From NCBI GenBank assembly GCA_013265495.1, contig MU063499.1:1674001-1738000 (forward strand): a stretch of DNA of 64,000 nt, given 5' to 3'. This DNA is from Vicugna vicugna (taxonomy: Eukaryota). A model generated the notes under the pieces. The model saw only the letters and a list, made by a program, of their open reading frames with translations. It did no database searches and was not told where the DNA came from. A program made the position numbers and the translations under genes. Positions 1-13,121 of the stretch are shown one piece after another; the stretch's first letter is position 1; the number at the start of each line of letters is the position of its first letter.

Positions 1-349
1 GTAAGAACCCTTTTCTGCCTGCCTAGCCGACCTCCCGCATCTTGGGATCTTAAGCACTCAACCAGTATACACAGGCAGGGGTGTGTCCAAGGCAGTGGGT
101 ATGGGTCTGACTGTGGGGGTTGGGGGAGGGGGAGCAACTGCAGCTCTGGAACCTGAGTTCCAGCTCCTGAAAGATGCTTGACTTCTGGCTTTGGAAAGGA
201 GGACCTGCACTCCACATCCCTTGGAGGGTGGAACAGGCCCATGGCCGGCTGACTCAACAGATAGGAACTGGGGCTGCACAGTTCAAACCCTCCGGTTCTG
301 TTCCCTGTCCTATTCCCAGCCCCACTGAAGGGAAATCTCTCTCCATCAG

Positions 350-609
350 NNNNNNNNNNNNNNNNNNNNNNNNNNNNNNNNNNNNNNNNNNNNNNNNNNN
401 NNNNNNNNNNNNNNNNNNNNNNNNNNNNNNNNNNNNNNNNNNNNNNNNNNNNNNNNNNNNNNNNNNNNNNNNNNNNNNNNNNNNNNNNNNNNNNNNNNNN
501 NNNNNNNNNNNNNNNNNNNNNNNNNNNNNNNNNNNNNNNNNNNNNNNNNNNNNNNNNNNNNNNNNNNNNNNNNNNNNNNNNNNNNNNNNNNNNNNNNNNN
601 NNNNNNNNN
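350..609. other. Assembly gap (260 N)
   Basis: Run of N. Confidence 1.
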
Positions 610-3600
610 CCGGGATCACATTTGGTATTGAAACAATTTTTCAATTTATTAAAAAGTCATTAAGGTGGTTGGGGTGGGAGGTGCAGGGAGCTGCGCTAAG
701 CCGCTGAGTCAGGGCTGTGGATCTGCGAGTGGTGACAGGCAAAGGGGGTTCTGCAAGCAGGAAGAGACCCCAGGACTGTCTCACTCCTAAGCCTGGCTCT
801 CTCCAAGGGGCCTGTTCTGGGTGAAAGAGAATCCTAAGATGTCAGCCCCTGCCTCCACCCCAGCAACCCTATCCTTTGCCTGTCCAGTCGTCCAGAGTCT
901 GCCTTCCAGACTATTAGCTCCCTCGGACTTGGGAACAATTTGGCTACTGAGCCCTGAGCCACTTTCTGGTGCTCGCATGACAAGAGCTGAGAGTCTGCCT
1001 GACTCCCACCTCTGGCAAGGAGACAGATCCCTCCCACCAGCTCAGGCCCTCGGAGCCCCCAGCTGAGAACATGTGGCCATTTGGAAGGACACCTGGTGTG
1101 GCCGAGTGCCTTGTTCCAATTGCTGGTCCTGTTCACTCAATCATTTAATTACTCCTCTGACACTTCCTACTCCCAGGAGGGATTTGCAGGGGTTTAGGAC
1201 GCTGGTGAGCTACAAGCCCAGCTCAGCCCAAGTCCTGGCTGGGGTGGGACCTGAGGGGTAGCAGCTACTTGGGCTCAAGTCACAGCTCAACCACAGTGCA
1301 AACTGTCGACCTTGGACAAGTCAGTTAACCCTTCTGCGCCTCAGTGTCTGCTCCAGGAGAAAGGGAGAGCTGCCTGTGTCCACACATGGGACAAGGGAGG
1401 TCACAAGATCTCATCTGTCCCTCTTCATCCAGAACTGTCATGCCACCCTCTGCCCCTCCACCGTCAAAGTCCTGGCTCTTCTGTCAGGGGCTACTTCACA
1501 CATGTTATTCCCTCTGATGGTAATACCTATCCCCTCCCATGGAATTCTGGAGAATTCCACTCACCCTACCTTCAGGCCTCTGCTTTAATGACCTTCCGCA
1601 AATCTGAATGGGGCCTTGGAGTGATCCCCTGGCTCCTGGGCTGCTCCCTCTCATCACACAGTGCCCGACCAGGGTCTTGTCCGCCCCCATCAGGCATGGG
1701 CCCCAGAAGGGCCAAGTCCTGTCCCTGACATTCATCAGCAGAGCCAAGACCTTGTGCCCTCCCTCCATGTGAGGCCGCCCTGAGCCAGCCTTGGACCTTG
1801 GTGGACCAGACTGGCCGTTCTTTCTGGGGCTTTCTGTTGGAGGACATGGGACCCCAGAGCCAGAGGACCAGACAATGCTGGTCCTTCATAGGCTCTCTTG
1901 ATTCAGTGCTGAGGGACCCTACCTCTCAGCTCTGTCCCTACCTTACTCCAGTGCCCTGCTCTGGACCTGTTGCCAGGGAGGGAGCCAGGCAGGGGAGCCA
2001 GCTCCACTCTCTGAAGCCCCATACCCACCAAGAAACCCAGGATGAGGCAGGGGCTGGGGCAGGGACTTGTGTTGCTACCGACTTCTGGGTTGCCTTGGCT
2101 AGCTCTGTCTCTATGTGCCTCAACTTTCCCCATATGTATAGCGTCCACCTACCCATTAGCTGAAGAGAGATGGAACTGGGGGTCAAATATTCTAATGGAG
2201 GGGAAGACTCCAGGCTAAGAAGAAGAACCTGGGAGCAGGGCTGGAGTTTGAGCGTCAGCATGATTGGAGGTGACTGGTGAGGTTGGGGCTGGCTCTGCTG
2301 CACAGGGTTGGGTTCCAGGCCTGACCTGCTCCCTATTGTCACAGGCACCACAGGCCACAGAGAAGGAATGCTGGGTGCTGGGCACCCTTCCCCCACTGCA
2401 CCTCTCACCTGCAGGCAGGTGGAATTGAGCGTGTTCCAGACACTCTATTTCCCAGGAATTTATGGAGGATTTTATCTTCCCTCCTTGATCACCAGTGAGG
2501 GGAAGGAGAGGGTGCACTTGGCTCCCTCCCCGCCAGAGGGGCAAGGAAGGGTAGCTGGCCACCCTGGAGCTTGGAAAATACTATCTAAATCCCACCTCAG
2601 CAAACCCCCCTTCCCCCTGTGGGGCCTCGTCAGGGCCCGGCGGGTACGGGGAGGGGATGGCAGCCATTTAAGCTGTCACCAGCTCCATCAGAGGATTTAA
2701 ATCACTGACACAGAGTAACAGCGCTGTAGATTATAGTGCGGGAGCCACGCGGGCACAGCACAGCAGAGGCAGAGGAGGGGTGGGAGGGGAGTAAGGAGGT
2801 ACGAGCTGAGAGAAGCATTGCCCTGGTACCTCAGTTGGGGGGCACTCTGCAGCTGAGGTGGGCCCAGCAGCAGGGAGCCTGGCCCTCCACTCAGACCAGC
2901 TTCTCACAGAAGCCCCCACACTCCTGGGCTACTCTAGGGCCCACCCCAGCTGGGGACCCATCCTTGGTGCCCTCCAGATAATGGCTGGGATCATGGCTCA
3001 TGTCTCTCCCAGGCTCCCTGTGGCTCTTGCACCCAGAGGGCTCACAGCCATGGACACCCCTGTGAGTGGGTGGGGGTGAGGGAGGGGACTGGGGGCACCT
3101 GGCAGGGAGCCTGCCTGCTCCTGCTCAGAGGCGCCCAGCCATTGTCTTTGATTGCATGGTATTAGCCATAAATTACAGGCTTTGGGAGGCCGCATGTAAA
3201 AATAAAATAAAATAAGTGTCAAAAGACAGAGAAAATATTGATTCTTCAGAGAGAAGAAAGGATAGCTTGGTTAAATTAAAACTTTGAGAGGAAGGAGAGT
3301 GTGGGAAGATGGTCCCTAGGACTGGAGAGCAGCCTGGGGTGTGGTGGAGGTTGCGTGGGAGACCAAAATTCAGATGATCAACAAATATGCTGGTCCTGAG
3401 ATCCTGGCCTATCCAGGACAACATGAGGAGACAGGAGAAAGATGTGAAACATTCACTGGGAAGACAAAAGACCCATGTGACTCACCAGGAGGGACCTCCA
3501 GGGACTCACTCACAGGCTGAGTGGGGCAGCTGGGCTCAGGCTGGGGTCTGGTCGGGATGTAGGAGCTCTCTGTGGTCACGAGGCCCATCTACTCAGTGAG

Positions 3601-6134
3601 AGGGCCACTCCCCCACCTGCCCTCCCAGCCTAGGGAAAAATCCCAGGCCCCTCCCTCTCTGCCTGGGTCAGGGGACTGCAGGGAGGCCCATATTAGAGCC
3701 TAGCGTGCCCTACCCATAAGGTCCCCCCTCACCCTCTTTCTCCCCTCTCCCACTGAGAAAGACAGGGAGATTTCCCAAGGCTGCCTCAGTAAGGGCCGAA
3801 ACAACAGAAAGATAGGGTGAAGGATGGACAGAGGCCCTGGCTGTCTGGCAGATGGACCATGTCCACAATGACACTTCTGCAGCAGGCAGGACATCCTACT
3901 GGGGCCTGATACAGATCCCAGACCTGTAGCACCTTAAGGCCAAGGCAGGGAGGACACTCAGAACATGGGAGATGTCAGGCCCAAGGGGATAGACAGGAGT
4001 CCCTGGAAGTATTGGCTAAAAAGAGCAGGAGTGGCAAAAGTGCCCCCCACCCCTCATCACAGTTTTCCTGGACCTCCAGGGACCACCGCTATGAAGAAAC
4101 CAGGACAGTTCTGAGGCTACAGGCTATTTTTCTAGAGGCTCTTGGACTTCAGATTGGGGGACTCAATTGTTTCTTCAATGAACAAAATGCACTAAAAGGA
4201 CAACCTACTCCCAGTAACAGCCTTTGGGCCCTTCAGTCACTCATCATAGCCTTGGGAGGAGGGAGAGTCCAAGCTAGCCCTGCCAGGCTTCCTTTGTTCT
4301 TCTGAAGGGAGTCAAAGCAAGAGAATCTGTAGGGTGCTTGCCATGAGGAACAGAACTGGGCACAACAAGGGCTGGGCAGCTGGATGAAGCCTGACATGGC
4401 TCCTGCCAGAGGTTGGGGGTGGTTCCCAGAGGTGAGACACCTCATCATCAGGGTCACCTGCCTGAACGTCTCCCCTTTCCCTCACCTACAGCCCCTGGCC
4501 CCATCCATCTAGCTGCTCCCACTTTCCTAGTTCACTGCACAGTCCTTCTTGACCTCAAAGGGTGGCAGGATGGGGCACTGCAGCAGGCTGGCTGGACCGG
4601 CCCTAGCATGGCCTGCATCTAGCACCTGCTCCCCATCAGCAAGTGGGCCCCTGCCTGGGAGCACTTCCTCTGGTGAAGGTGTCCCCCTGACACCAGGCAT
4701 CTGGGATGAAAGATGCCTGTCTTCCTGAAGTGGGGAGGGGAGCAGCCTCTGCTGCCAAGACCCCCCTATCCACCTTTCTGCCCAGTAGCCCTGAGGCTGG
4801 CCATGTTTGACTTGCCATTGGCACTCAAGGGCAAAGCTTGGTCCAGGCTTCTTCCTGCCACTCGGGCTCCCCAACCCTGCTAGTTAGATGTCTAGCTATG
4901 CTAGATGACCACACTGGATGAAAACTCCAGGACTCAGGAGGTGTTGGGGTAGGTGACTCCTTGAGGGCCCCAATGGGATTGAGACTAAAAGCCCCCTTCT
5001 CAGTGTCTACATCCTCAGCCAGTCCCTCCACCTCTGGTGTCCTTGAACTTGTCCTCCTGTCCCTGTAGACTGGCCCCTAGGGCAGCCTTCCTCCTCATCC
5101 TTCCTTCCTCAGGCTCCCTCACCCTGAGCCTCTTTGAGTCCTGTCCTTTTAACCCCCTCCCCCATTCACCCCCTCCCCAGGCCAGACAGGGGCCGTGCTG
5201 GCTGACTTCACCTTGAAGCTCCCTTATCATAGTCTCCATCTCCTGCTGGCCTTAGCTGGAGCAAAATTGTTTTCTTTGTGCCTGCCCTGAACAGTGGGGC
5301 CAGAGCGGGTGCAGGGATGGGAATGGGCTATGGTGGGTGGAAATTTAAATTTTGAGATCCAAGGGCCTCCTGTACTTCCTCTTCCTGCACCTGGACCCCA
5401 TCCCTGCCCCACCCCAACCCTGGAACCCAGGTACAGTCCTGGCCTAACCTGATTTGTCACTCATGCCCACACTCACTCACCCTTCTAATCCTGGACTGAG
5501 CTGACCCAACAGACCCTTGGGATGCCTCCTCCCATGTGCGAACATGCTCCCCCACCCCATGGGCTGGGACCCACACAAGCACAAGCCCAGATTCCTTTGG
5601 ACCTCCATTGTGCACTTGTGCTCCCCTTTGGGCATGCACACACTCCCCCACATAAACATGTGCCCACTTAGTTGTGCATATGCCTAACACAGAGTTCCAG
5701 AAGGTCAGAGCTCAGGCAAGCTCAGAAGTCCTCCACTCCCCTAACCCAGTCCACATACCCTGATGTACAGATGGGAAAGCAGAGGCCCAGCGGAGTGGAA
5801 TGGAAGCAGACATCCTGGGTGAGAGGGTGGGAGGTGCCGCTGCAAAGTCCCGGGAGGGGTTAGGGGTCCAGGTAGTTTCCCCTCAGCTTTGAAGAAAGGC
5901 CTCTCTGTTGGGCCATTCAGCTGGGGACATTCTCTCTCCAGCCTTTTTTCCTGACTAGAGACATCAAGACCCCAGTGCTCTGCCCTGAGGCACTCCTGAG
6001 GCACCCCCTACATCCCTCATCCCCTGCCCTCCACTCTCTCCTCTCCATCCCAGCTTTCTCTTAGAGCCACCTCCCCACCAGGAAAATCACCTCAGGCCCC
6101 AGCCATGCTCTGGAGTACCAGCTTCAGGATATTG

Positions 6135-6275
6135 CTGTATGACTTCAGGCAAGTCACTTCACCTCTCTGATCCTCCATTTCCTCGGCAAATGGGGATGAT
6201 AACACATCTGACCTCATACCCTCACATGATCTTATGAAGCTGAAAGACTTACCTGGAAGGAACTTAGTGCAGGGA
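6135..6275 (+). mobile_element. MIR SINE (ancient)
   Basis: ctgtatgacttcaggcaagtcacttcacctctctg...ggcaaatggggatgataa matches the MIR core. Confidence 0.75.
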
Positions 6276-7234
6276 ACAGAATCCTGTACCAATATAATAT
6301 TAAACAGCAACAATAAAGCTGCTGCCTTCCCTGCTCACCCTCCCTGGCCCCACCCTCGAGGATTTTTTCTTCTCTATCAAACTCCTTCCAAGAGTTGCCT
6401 GCACCCCAGCCACCACTTCCTCTCCATGCATACACTCCTAAACATGCATGCCCACCCACAGGAGTGTGCCCCTTAAATCCACACCCCCAGCTGGTACTCG
6501 CACATGCTCACACACACACGCACACACAAATGGTAAACAAAATATAATTCATTTGTAAAGGAGACTCCAGTTGTGCCATCCATCTTAAGCCAAAATTCAA
6601 TACTTCCCAGAGCGGTCCACCGGGCCTTGATGAATGGACAGTACAAAAGGCTCCATCCCACGCGCCCTGCTCTCTGGAATAACAGAAGGCCAGCCCCCAG
6701 GGGCCCCGCGGGATACAGAGGCAGGGCAGCGGCCTGGCCATCTAGAGAGGTGGTTCAAACAGTCTGGCTCACCAGGAGGGGCCAGAACTACTGGAACAGG
6801 AACTACTCTGATTTCAGCCTCCCATCTGTTCAGACAGGATTCAGACAGTCCCTCTCTGATTCTCTACTTTTTCTCTGGATCTTTTGGAGCCAGTGCAGCC
6901 TGACCTGAGGGTGAGATGAGGCCCCTTCAACTACCTGGACGCCAGCCCCCACCTCAATTCCTCTCTCCCATCCTCAGCCTCTCCCCGTCTCTCAGACACC
7001 CCCTCTGAAACAAAAGTTCCCCATCCCTGCCTGCATCCATCTCTTTAGAGCCTGTGGCTACCTCCCAAATAACCCCTGACCTTTGCGTAAGCAGTTCCCC
7101 ACCCCAGATCATCATTCCTTCCCTTCCTAATCTGGAGTTCTCCACATGATTCAAAGCCCAGCTCAAATGCCCTTCCTCCAGGAAGCCAGCCCTAACTCTC
7201 CTGGGAACAGCCTAAGCCCTAGACAGTGAGGGTG

Positions 7235-7975
7235 TCTGGAGCCACGAGGCGCGACTCAGTGAGCGAGGGCCCACCACGCAGGTCTCCGCAGGCCGAGGAC
7301 GGGGCTCAGATGCAACCCACGCCGGGGGTGGGGGGCATGCAAGGGATTAAGGGGAGCAGCGTGGCGAACGTGAGCTACCTGGCTGTGGCTTTGCAAGGCT
7401 GCTGCCGCGCCTTCCCCCCCCCCCTCAGCCTGAGTGAGCAGCCCGGCGTCGCTGTCGGCGCCCCGCGCCGCCGCGTTAGCTGCGGCGCTCGCTGCTGAGC
7501 GAACATTCCTCCGCTCGCTCGCTCGGGGGAGTTTTACGGCCCGCGGTGCTTCCTCCGCAATGGCCTGTGCTGTTTACGAACCCCTCTCCGGCTTGGAAAT
7601 AGACTNNNNNNNNNNNNNNNNNNNNNNNNNNNNNNNNNNNNNNNNNNNNNNNNNNNNNNNNNNNNNNNNNNNNNNNNNNNNNNNNNNNNNNNNNNNNNNN
7701 NNNNNNNNNNNNNNNNNNNNNNNNNNNNNNNNNNNNNNNNNNNNNGGCGGCTGCTCCGCGCATGTGCATCCGGCTAGGTGGCACTGCCCTCCTCTGCGGC
7801 GACCCCGGCTGCCCCCGCACCACTGCCCGCTGCCCGCAAGATACCGACGTCTGGGACACGGGGACGGGGTCGGGGCACATGTCAGGCCAACAGAGCCGCC
7901 CAGGAGTCTGAGTCGTCTGAGACTGCTGCGAGGACTGGTAGCAGGGGTACCAGGACGCCAATTGGTTCCAGTCGC
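7235..7975. promoter_or_regulatory. Orphan CpG island interrupted by a 140-nt gap
   Basis: Dense CpG and GC content with no recognisable coding exon. Confidence 0.75.
7606..7745. other. Assembly gap (140 N) inside the CpG island
   Basis: Run of N. Confidence 1.
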
Positions 7976-8403
7976 CTCCCAAGTCTTTTCCGTCCGCAAT
8001 TCCATCAGCAGTGCCTCACCTCCAGATCCTCCTTTGAAGTCCAGGTGCTTCTGGATGAAGCTCCCATTGGTGCCTGGGGCTGCATTCAGTTGGGGCTAAG
8101 TGGGGCTGGGACGTTTATTCCTTCTTCCTTTCATGCATTCAGCCACCAAAGGTGTCAGAGCACCTGCTCTGAACCAGGCCCTATGCTGGGCGCTTGGCAT
8201 GGGGGACGCTGAGCAAGACAAGTGATGTGGTTCCTTTCCATCCTAGCCCTGCCCTCCCCTTCACACCACTGAAGAAGCAAACAGACCAGGGCAGGGAGGA
8301 GGGATAACTGGGCATGAGAAGACCTCAGTCACCTGTGAGTACAGCCTGATCCACACATTCCCCAGGCCAGCCCTCCCCCTGCAGTAGGGGGGCCATCTCC
8401 CTG

Positions 8404-8417
8404 CCACCAGGGAGCAG
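8404..8417 (+). promoter_or_regulatory. Possible CTCF motif (forward)
   Basis: CCACCAGGGAGCAG, 13/14 match to CCASYAGRKGGCRS. Confidence 0.4.
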
Positions 8418-8899
8418 GGGAGCCTGGCAGACGGAGCGCCTGCTAGACCAGGATTCACATGTGACCTTGTCAGTTTCTTCCTTTTCTGGGCCTCACTGTC
8501 TCCATCTGGAACATGGGTCCAGCACCAAGGTGAGCTAATATTACTGACCAAGGCTGGGGCTGCCCATCCCAACCTTTAGGAGTACCAGGCTTGCCAGCAT
8601 CCAATGACCCACCCCAAGACAAGCTGCTACATCCCTGAGATCAAATTACACTGCCCTTAGTAGCTGTGGGATCTTGGGCTCATCTCTTCCCTCTCTGGAG
8701 CTGCTGGTGGTCCCTACTTCATAAGGTTGTGCTGGGGATCAAATGGCATGAGGAAGCTCAGCTCCTGAAACCCAGTAAGGACTCCATTGGTGGAGAACTC
8801 AGAGGGCTCAGAGATGGGAAATGTGGGTTTGGGTGAAAAGTCCCAAAGGGTGGGGAAAAACTGGGCCCCTGGCCTCCCTGCCCACTGGGTATACGGTTA

Positions 8900-9070
8900 C
8901 ACATTCACCCAGAACCCCTGTGAGCCTCACAGTAGCCCTGTGAGGGGTCATGCAGAAACTATGGTTTGCTCCCATTTTACAGATGAGAAAGTGGGAGCTT
9001 AGAGAAAGGAAGGATCTTGCCCAAGTCACATAGCAAGAGAGAAGGAGACCTAGAATAGGGCCCAGGCCTA
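8900..9070 (-). mobile_element. MIR SINE (ancient)
   Basis: cccattttacagatgagaaagtgggagcttagag...cttgcccaagtcaca matches the reverse MIR core. Many similar MIRs occur elsewhere, for example ~14030-14160, 39250-39360, 39700-39790 and 45140-45260. Confidence 0.75.
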
Positions 9071-9379
9071 CCAAGTCTAGGTTGAGGGGGTGCCTACAGT
9101 CATTGAGTGGGTCAAGAGGAAGAGAGGGCACATCTGGCAGGCACACCTGCTGGGAGCAAAGGCCTGGAGGCAGAAACATACGTGACATAGGCTGGGGGAA
9201 ATGGAGGTCAGATTCAGTTTTGAAACTCCCCAGGAACTTGGCTCTGGCTTGTCTGTGACCGAGCAAAATGTGGGAGGGGCCTCTACAGAGTTGTGCCTTA
9301 CAGAGAAGGGAAAACCAGAAGCCTTGTGGGCAGACACCCAGGGAAGGACTTAGATTAGGGCAGATGCAAAGAGGGGCTT

Positions 9380-9545
9380 GGGCAGACAGAGGGGCAAAAA
9401 AATCAGACTAGGAGACACTGACAGGCTGGCAAATAGGCAGACAGGGAGACAGATGGGTAGATAGAGAGAGGCACAGATAGATGGGAAGACAATGGACAGA
9501 TGGATAAACAAATGGACAGACCAATGAACTGACAGAGAGAGAGAG
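9380..9545. repeat. Degenerate (GACA/GATG)-type low-complexity repeat
   Basis: Repeated gcagacag / gacagatgg / gatagatgg units. Confidence 0.65.
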
Positions 9546-10550
9546 CACTGAACAGGATTCAGCAGAGCCAAGAGGAGGAAGGGCAGCCCAGGCAGAAGTA
9601 CTTGTGTGGACAGTGGATCAGAGGTGAGGCTGAGAGTGACCTCTGGCCTTTGGGCAGTCAGGGAGGAGACTGACATCCTATTACAGTAAATCTCAGAGGT
9701 GCAGGCCCCTGAGGAAAGCAGGGTTGGGTAGTGAGTGTTTGGGAAGTGGGAGAGGAGGTAGGTAGTTGCATCCCCACCAACCACAGGCTGCTGTCCCACA
9801 ACAGGACAAAGGCAGTTCTCAGGTGGATCCGGTCATTCACATCCCCCAGGGATCACTGCACCCACAGCCCTGCACAGTTAGCTGGTGCCCAGTGTGCATC
9901 TGGAAGATGGACTTGGATCACAATGCCTTCTCTGCACCAAGAGCCAGCTGTGCAGCCGGCCTCTGGAGCAAGGCTGTGACTACCCAGGGCCGACTGGGGC
10001 AGGTGGTGGGCAAGCCTCGGCCACTCGGAGGAAGCCAGCTGCAGCCACAGCACAGGGAGCCTCCGTAGGGGCCTGGACCAATTAGGAAAGAAGGGGAGGC
10101 AGCAATAATTAAAAATTAAAAGCCAACAAGACAGCAGTTTAAAAATGGAAGGAGTGAGTGAAAACAATTAGCAGAGATGAGGCAACAGGGCGGGCACGAT
10201 ACAAATGGAGCTGATCACAAAGCACTAATGACATCGGAAACCTAATTTTTACAGTGTCAGGACTTTGTGATGAAGCACTCGGCCTGCTCCCCTGAACCAG
10301 GCCTCGTGTTGTCTGGGGGCCGTGGGACTCAATCTTCCTCTATGCACTGCAGAGGAGCCTGAATGGAGGGGCCGGGAGGGAGAGGGTATGGGCTGGTGGG
10401 GACTCTTGGAGGCAGGGAGGCCAAGCAAAAGTGCTGGGGGTGCCGAGAAGGAGGCCAGGAAACCGAGGCACAAGCCTTGTGTGGGGGACAGATATTGCCC
10501 CCTCAGTGTCCCCACCAACAAGGCAGCGGTGGTGAAGTCACAGTCCTCCA

Positions 10551-10802
10551 NNNNNNNNNNNNNNNNNNNNNNNNNNNNNNNNNNNNNNNNNNNNNNNNNN
10601 NNNNNNNNNNNNNNNNNNNNNNNNNNNNNNNNNNNNNNNNNNNNNNNNNNNNNNNNNNNNNNNNNNNNNNNNNNNNNNNNNNNNNNNNNNNNNNNNNNNN
10701 NNNNNNNNNNNNNNNNNNNNNNNNNNNNNNNNNNNNNNNNNNNNNNNNNNNNNNNNNNNNNNNNNNNNNNNNNNNNNNNNNNNNNNNNNNNNNNNNNNNN
10801 NN
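10551..10802. other. Assembly gap (252 N)
   Basis: Run of N. Confidence 1.
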
Positions 10803-12289
10803 TGGGGTGGGACCTGGGAGAGCTCTGATTCAGGAGGCTTGGGTCTCCCACCCCACTCCTAGGAGCCCCAGGGCCACCCTCATCTCACAGAAGAGAGAAG
10901 GATACCAAGGTCTCTAAGGAAAGTCTAGACCCCGCTTTGCCTCCTAGTGTCTCTTGGGTCCTGCCTTCAGGCTGACCACTCACCTCCTCTCTTCTTGGTC
11001 CCCTGTGTTGGAATGGCCCCCCTTCACCTTGACAGCTCTTGCCACACAGTCTAGGATGGACCTGGAGCCTCCCCTGAGCCCCGTCACTCCCCTGAGACTC
11101 CACGTGCTCTCTGTGTCATTTCCTGGCCCCTCCTGACTGATCTTATGTCTCCTGTCCCTCGTCCCGAATGGCACGGCACTGGAGGTGGAGAAGAGGGCTC
11201 AGTAAACCCTTACTGACTGACTCGTCGGTTCCATCAGAGGTGGGGGATGGAGAAGGATGCAGACAGTCTATGGATCTGATGCCCAGAAGGTGCTGGCTGA
11301 GCCTCTCCAATACCCTCCTCCGAGTCCAGATGTCTACAGTCTCAGCCACGCTTCCCATCCCCATTTTTCTCCCCTGCCCCAGCTCTGGCTGCAGCCCTTC
11401 TACACTCTGGAAATGGCTCAGGCCAAGGCCACCAAAGACCCCATCAGGCAGATCACGTGGCAAGCTTTTCTTAACCCCAGGGCCTTTGCTCATGCTATTC
11501 TCTCTGCTGAGAAAAATTTTTTCCTCTTACTTGACCCGACCAAGCATAGAGGGTACTCTCACCCTTCAGGTCATGAATTAGGAGGCAGAAACTATGACTC
11601 ATGCTCCTCCAGTCTCAAAACAATTTATTGGCACAAGTAACTGAAGAGTCCAGATTATGAGATTCAGGTATGGCTGGATACAGGTACTCAAACATTATTA
11701 CCAGAACACAGCCTCTCTATCTTGTACTTCCTTGAGTGTAAACTTCATGTCCAGTCAGGCCCTCCCATGTCGTTCCCTCTCTATATACCTCATACCTGCC
11801 CCTAGCAGAAGCCCTAGCAACAAATAGATCACATGCCCATCCCAGAAATTCACTATAGTCCTAGAGATGAAGGAAGCTAAATGGCCAGGCCTGTGTCAAA
11901 CCAGAGATGGGGGGGGGGCATATGTTTATCCCCAGACCATGGAGAGAGAATGATGGAGTCAGGGATTCCCCAGGGACAACTGGGAGTGCACAGCTGAGCC
12001 AGCCCCACCTCTACTGAGCATAAACAGGGTCTTAACTCCCCTTTCCTTGATTAATTCCTTGAGGGCTGACCCTCTTATTTTCTGGCCCCCTCTAGGCTGT
12101 AAACCCAGAGGCAGGAACTAGACTGTCTTTTTCACTATGGCATCCCGCTTAGTGCACATAAGTGATGGGGAGCCCCTCATGTTACAGTTGGGGAAACTGA
12201 GGCAGGGACTTGGCCAAGATCACACATGTATGTTCATGTTAAGTTGCCCTATGCTCTGCTACTCACATCATCTCCGTTGCTCCCTCCAC

Positions 12290-12400
12290 CAACCCCTCCT
12301 CCCAGTATCTGTCTTGCCAAACCCGGAATCTGGTGCTTAGTGGGTGCTCAGGGCATATCACTGAATGAATGAATGAATGAATGAATGAATGAATGAATGA
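12290..12400 (+). mobile_element. L2 3' end with a (TGAA)n tail
   Basis: tggtgcttagtgggtgctcag followed by (TGAA)~10 at 12362-12400, the typical L2 terminus. Confidence 0.7.
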
Positions 12401-13091
12401 CTTTCTAGTGATAGGGGCTTTCACACATGGGGCCAGTTCTTCTGTGTGCAAGATGTGGTAGGTCAAAAAGACCCCCCGGGCACCTGGGGCAGAGCCTAGG
12501 ACCAGCATTGCCCATGGAGTAGGTCGTGGAGCATCCTGGAAGCTGGGTGGTATGTCTATGTCCTGATGGCTGGCCCTGCCCCGCCAGGGGAGGACCCCTG
12601 GGAAGCTGAGAGGACACAAGTGTGTCCTCCTGCCCTCCTTGGGCCTCCTTTCCATGCTTTCCATTCTCTATGCCACCACCCAGTCCTGTCCTGGCCCCTC
12701 TGGTCTGTGACCTCGGTCATAGTTCCTTTCCCCTTCCCTCAGCTTCTCTCTTGTCCCCAGGGTGCATTCCACAGCTGTCTCTGGCAGCCAACCCCTCCCA
12801 CCCTGCCCTGCCAACTCCCCAGCCCCTCCCCACCCTGCCTCCATCTCCTGCAGCCCTGCTGTCCCTCAGCCGAGTACAGCTGCTTTCCTCCAAGAAGTTA
12901 AGTTGAACTGATCAGCTGTTTAATGACCTGATGTGCTCATGGTCCACATGGCCCATTAGCAGAGATGGCTGAGGTGGTGTGCAGGTGGACAGCTGGGATG
13001 TCTCAGTGCCTGGGTGGACACCTGCCTGCCCACCTGGGGGCACAGCAGTGTAGGTACGCTTCCTGGAGAGGCCAGGGCAACAGGAGAGGAC

Positions 13092-13121
13092 TGCACGCAC
13101 GCGCGCGCGCGCGTGCGCGCG

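Noticed and set aside
1-6. GTAAGA donor at the window start
   Set aside because: No upstream context, so it cannot be assigned to any exon.
705-711. AP-1 word TGAGTCA
   Set aside because: A single 7-mer is expected several times by chance, and there is no supporting cluster.
7434-8099. 221-aa ORF across the CpG island
   Set aside because: It spans an N gap, so the frame is unverifiable. The translation has the Arg/Pro/Ala-rich look of non-coding GC-rich DNA and no family similarity.
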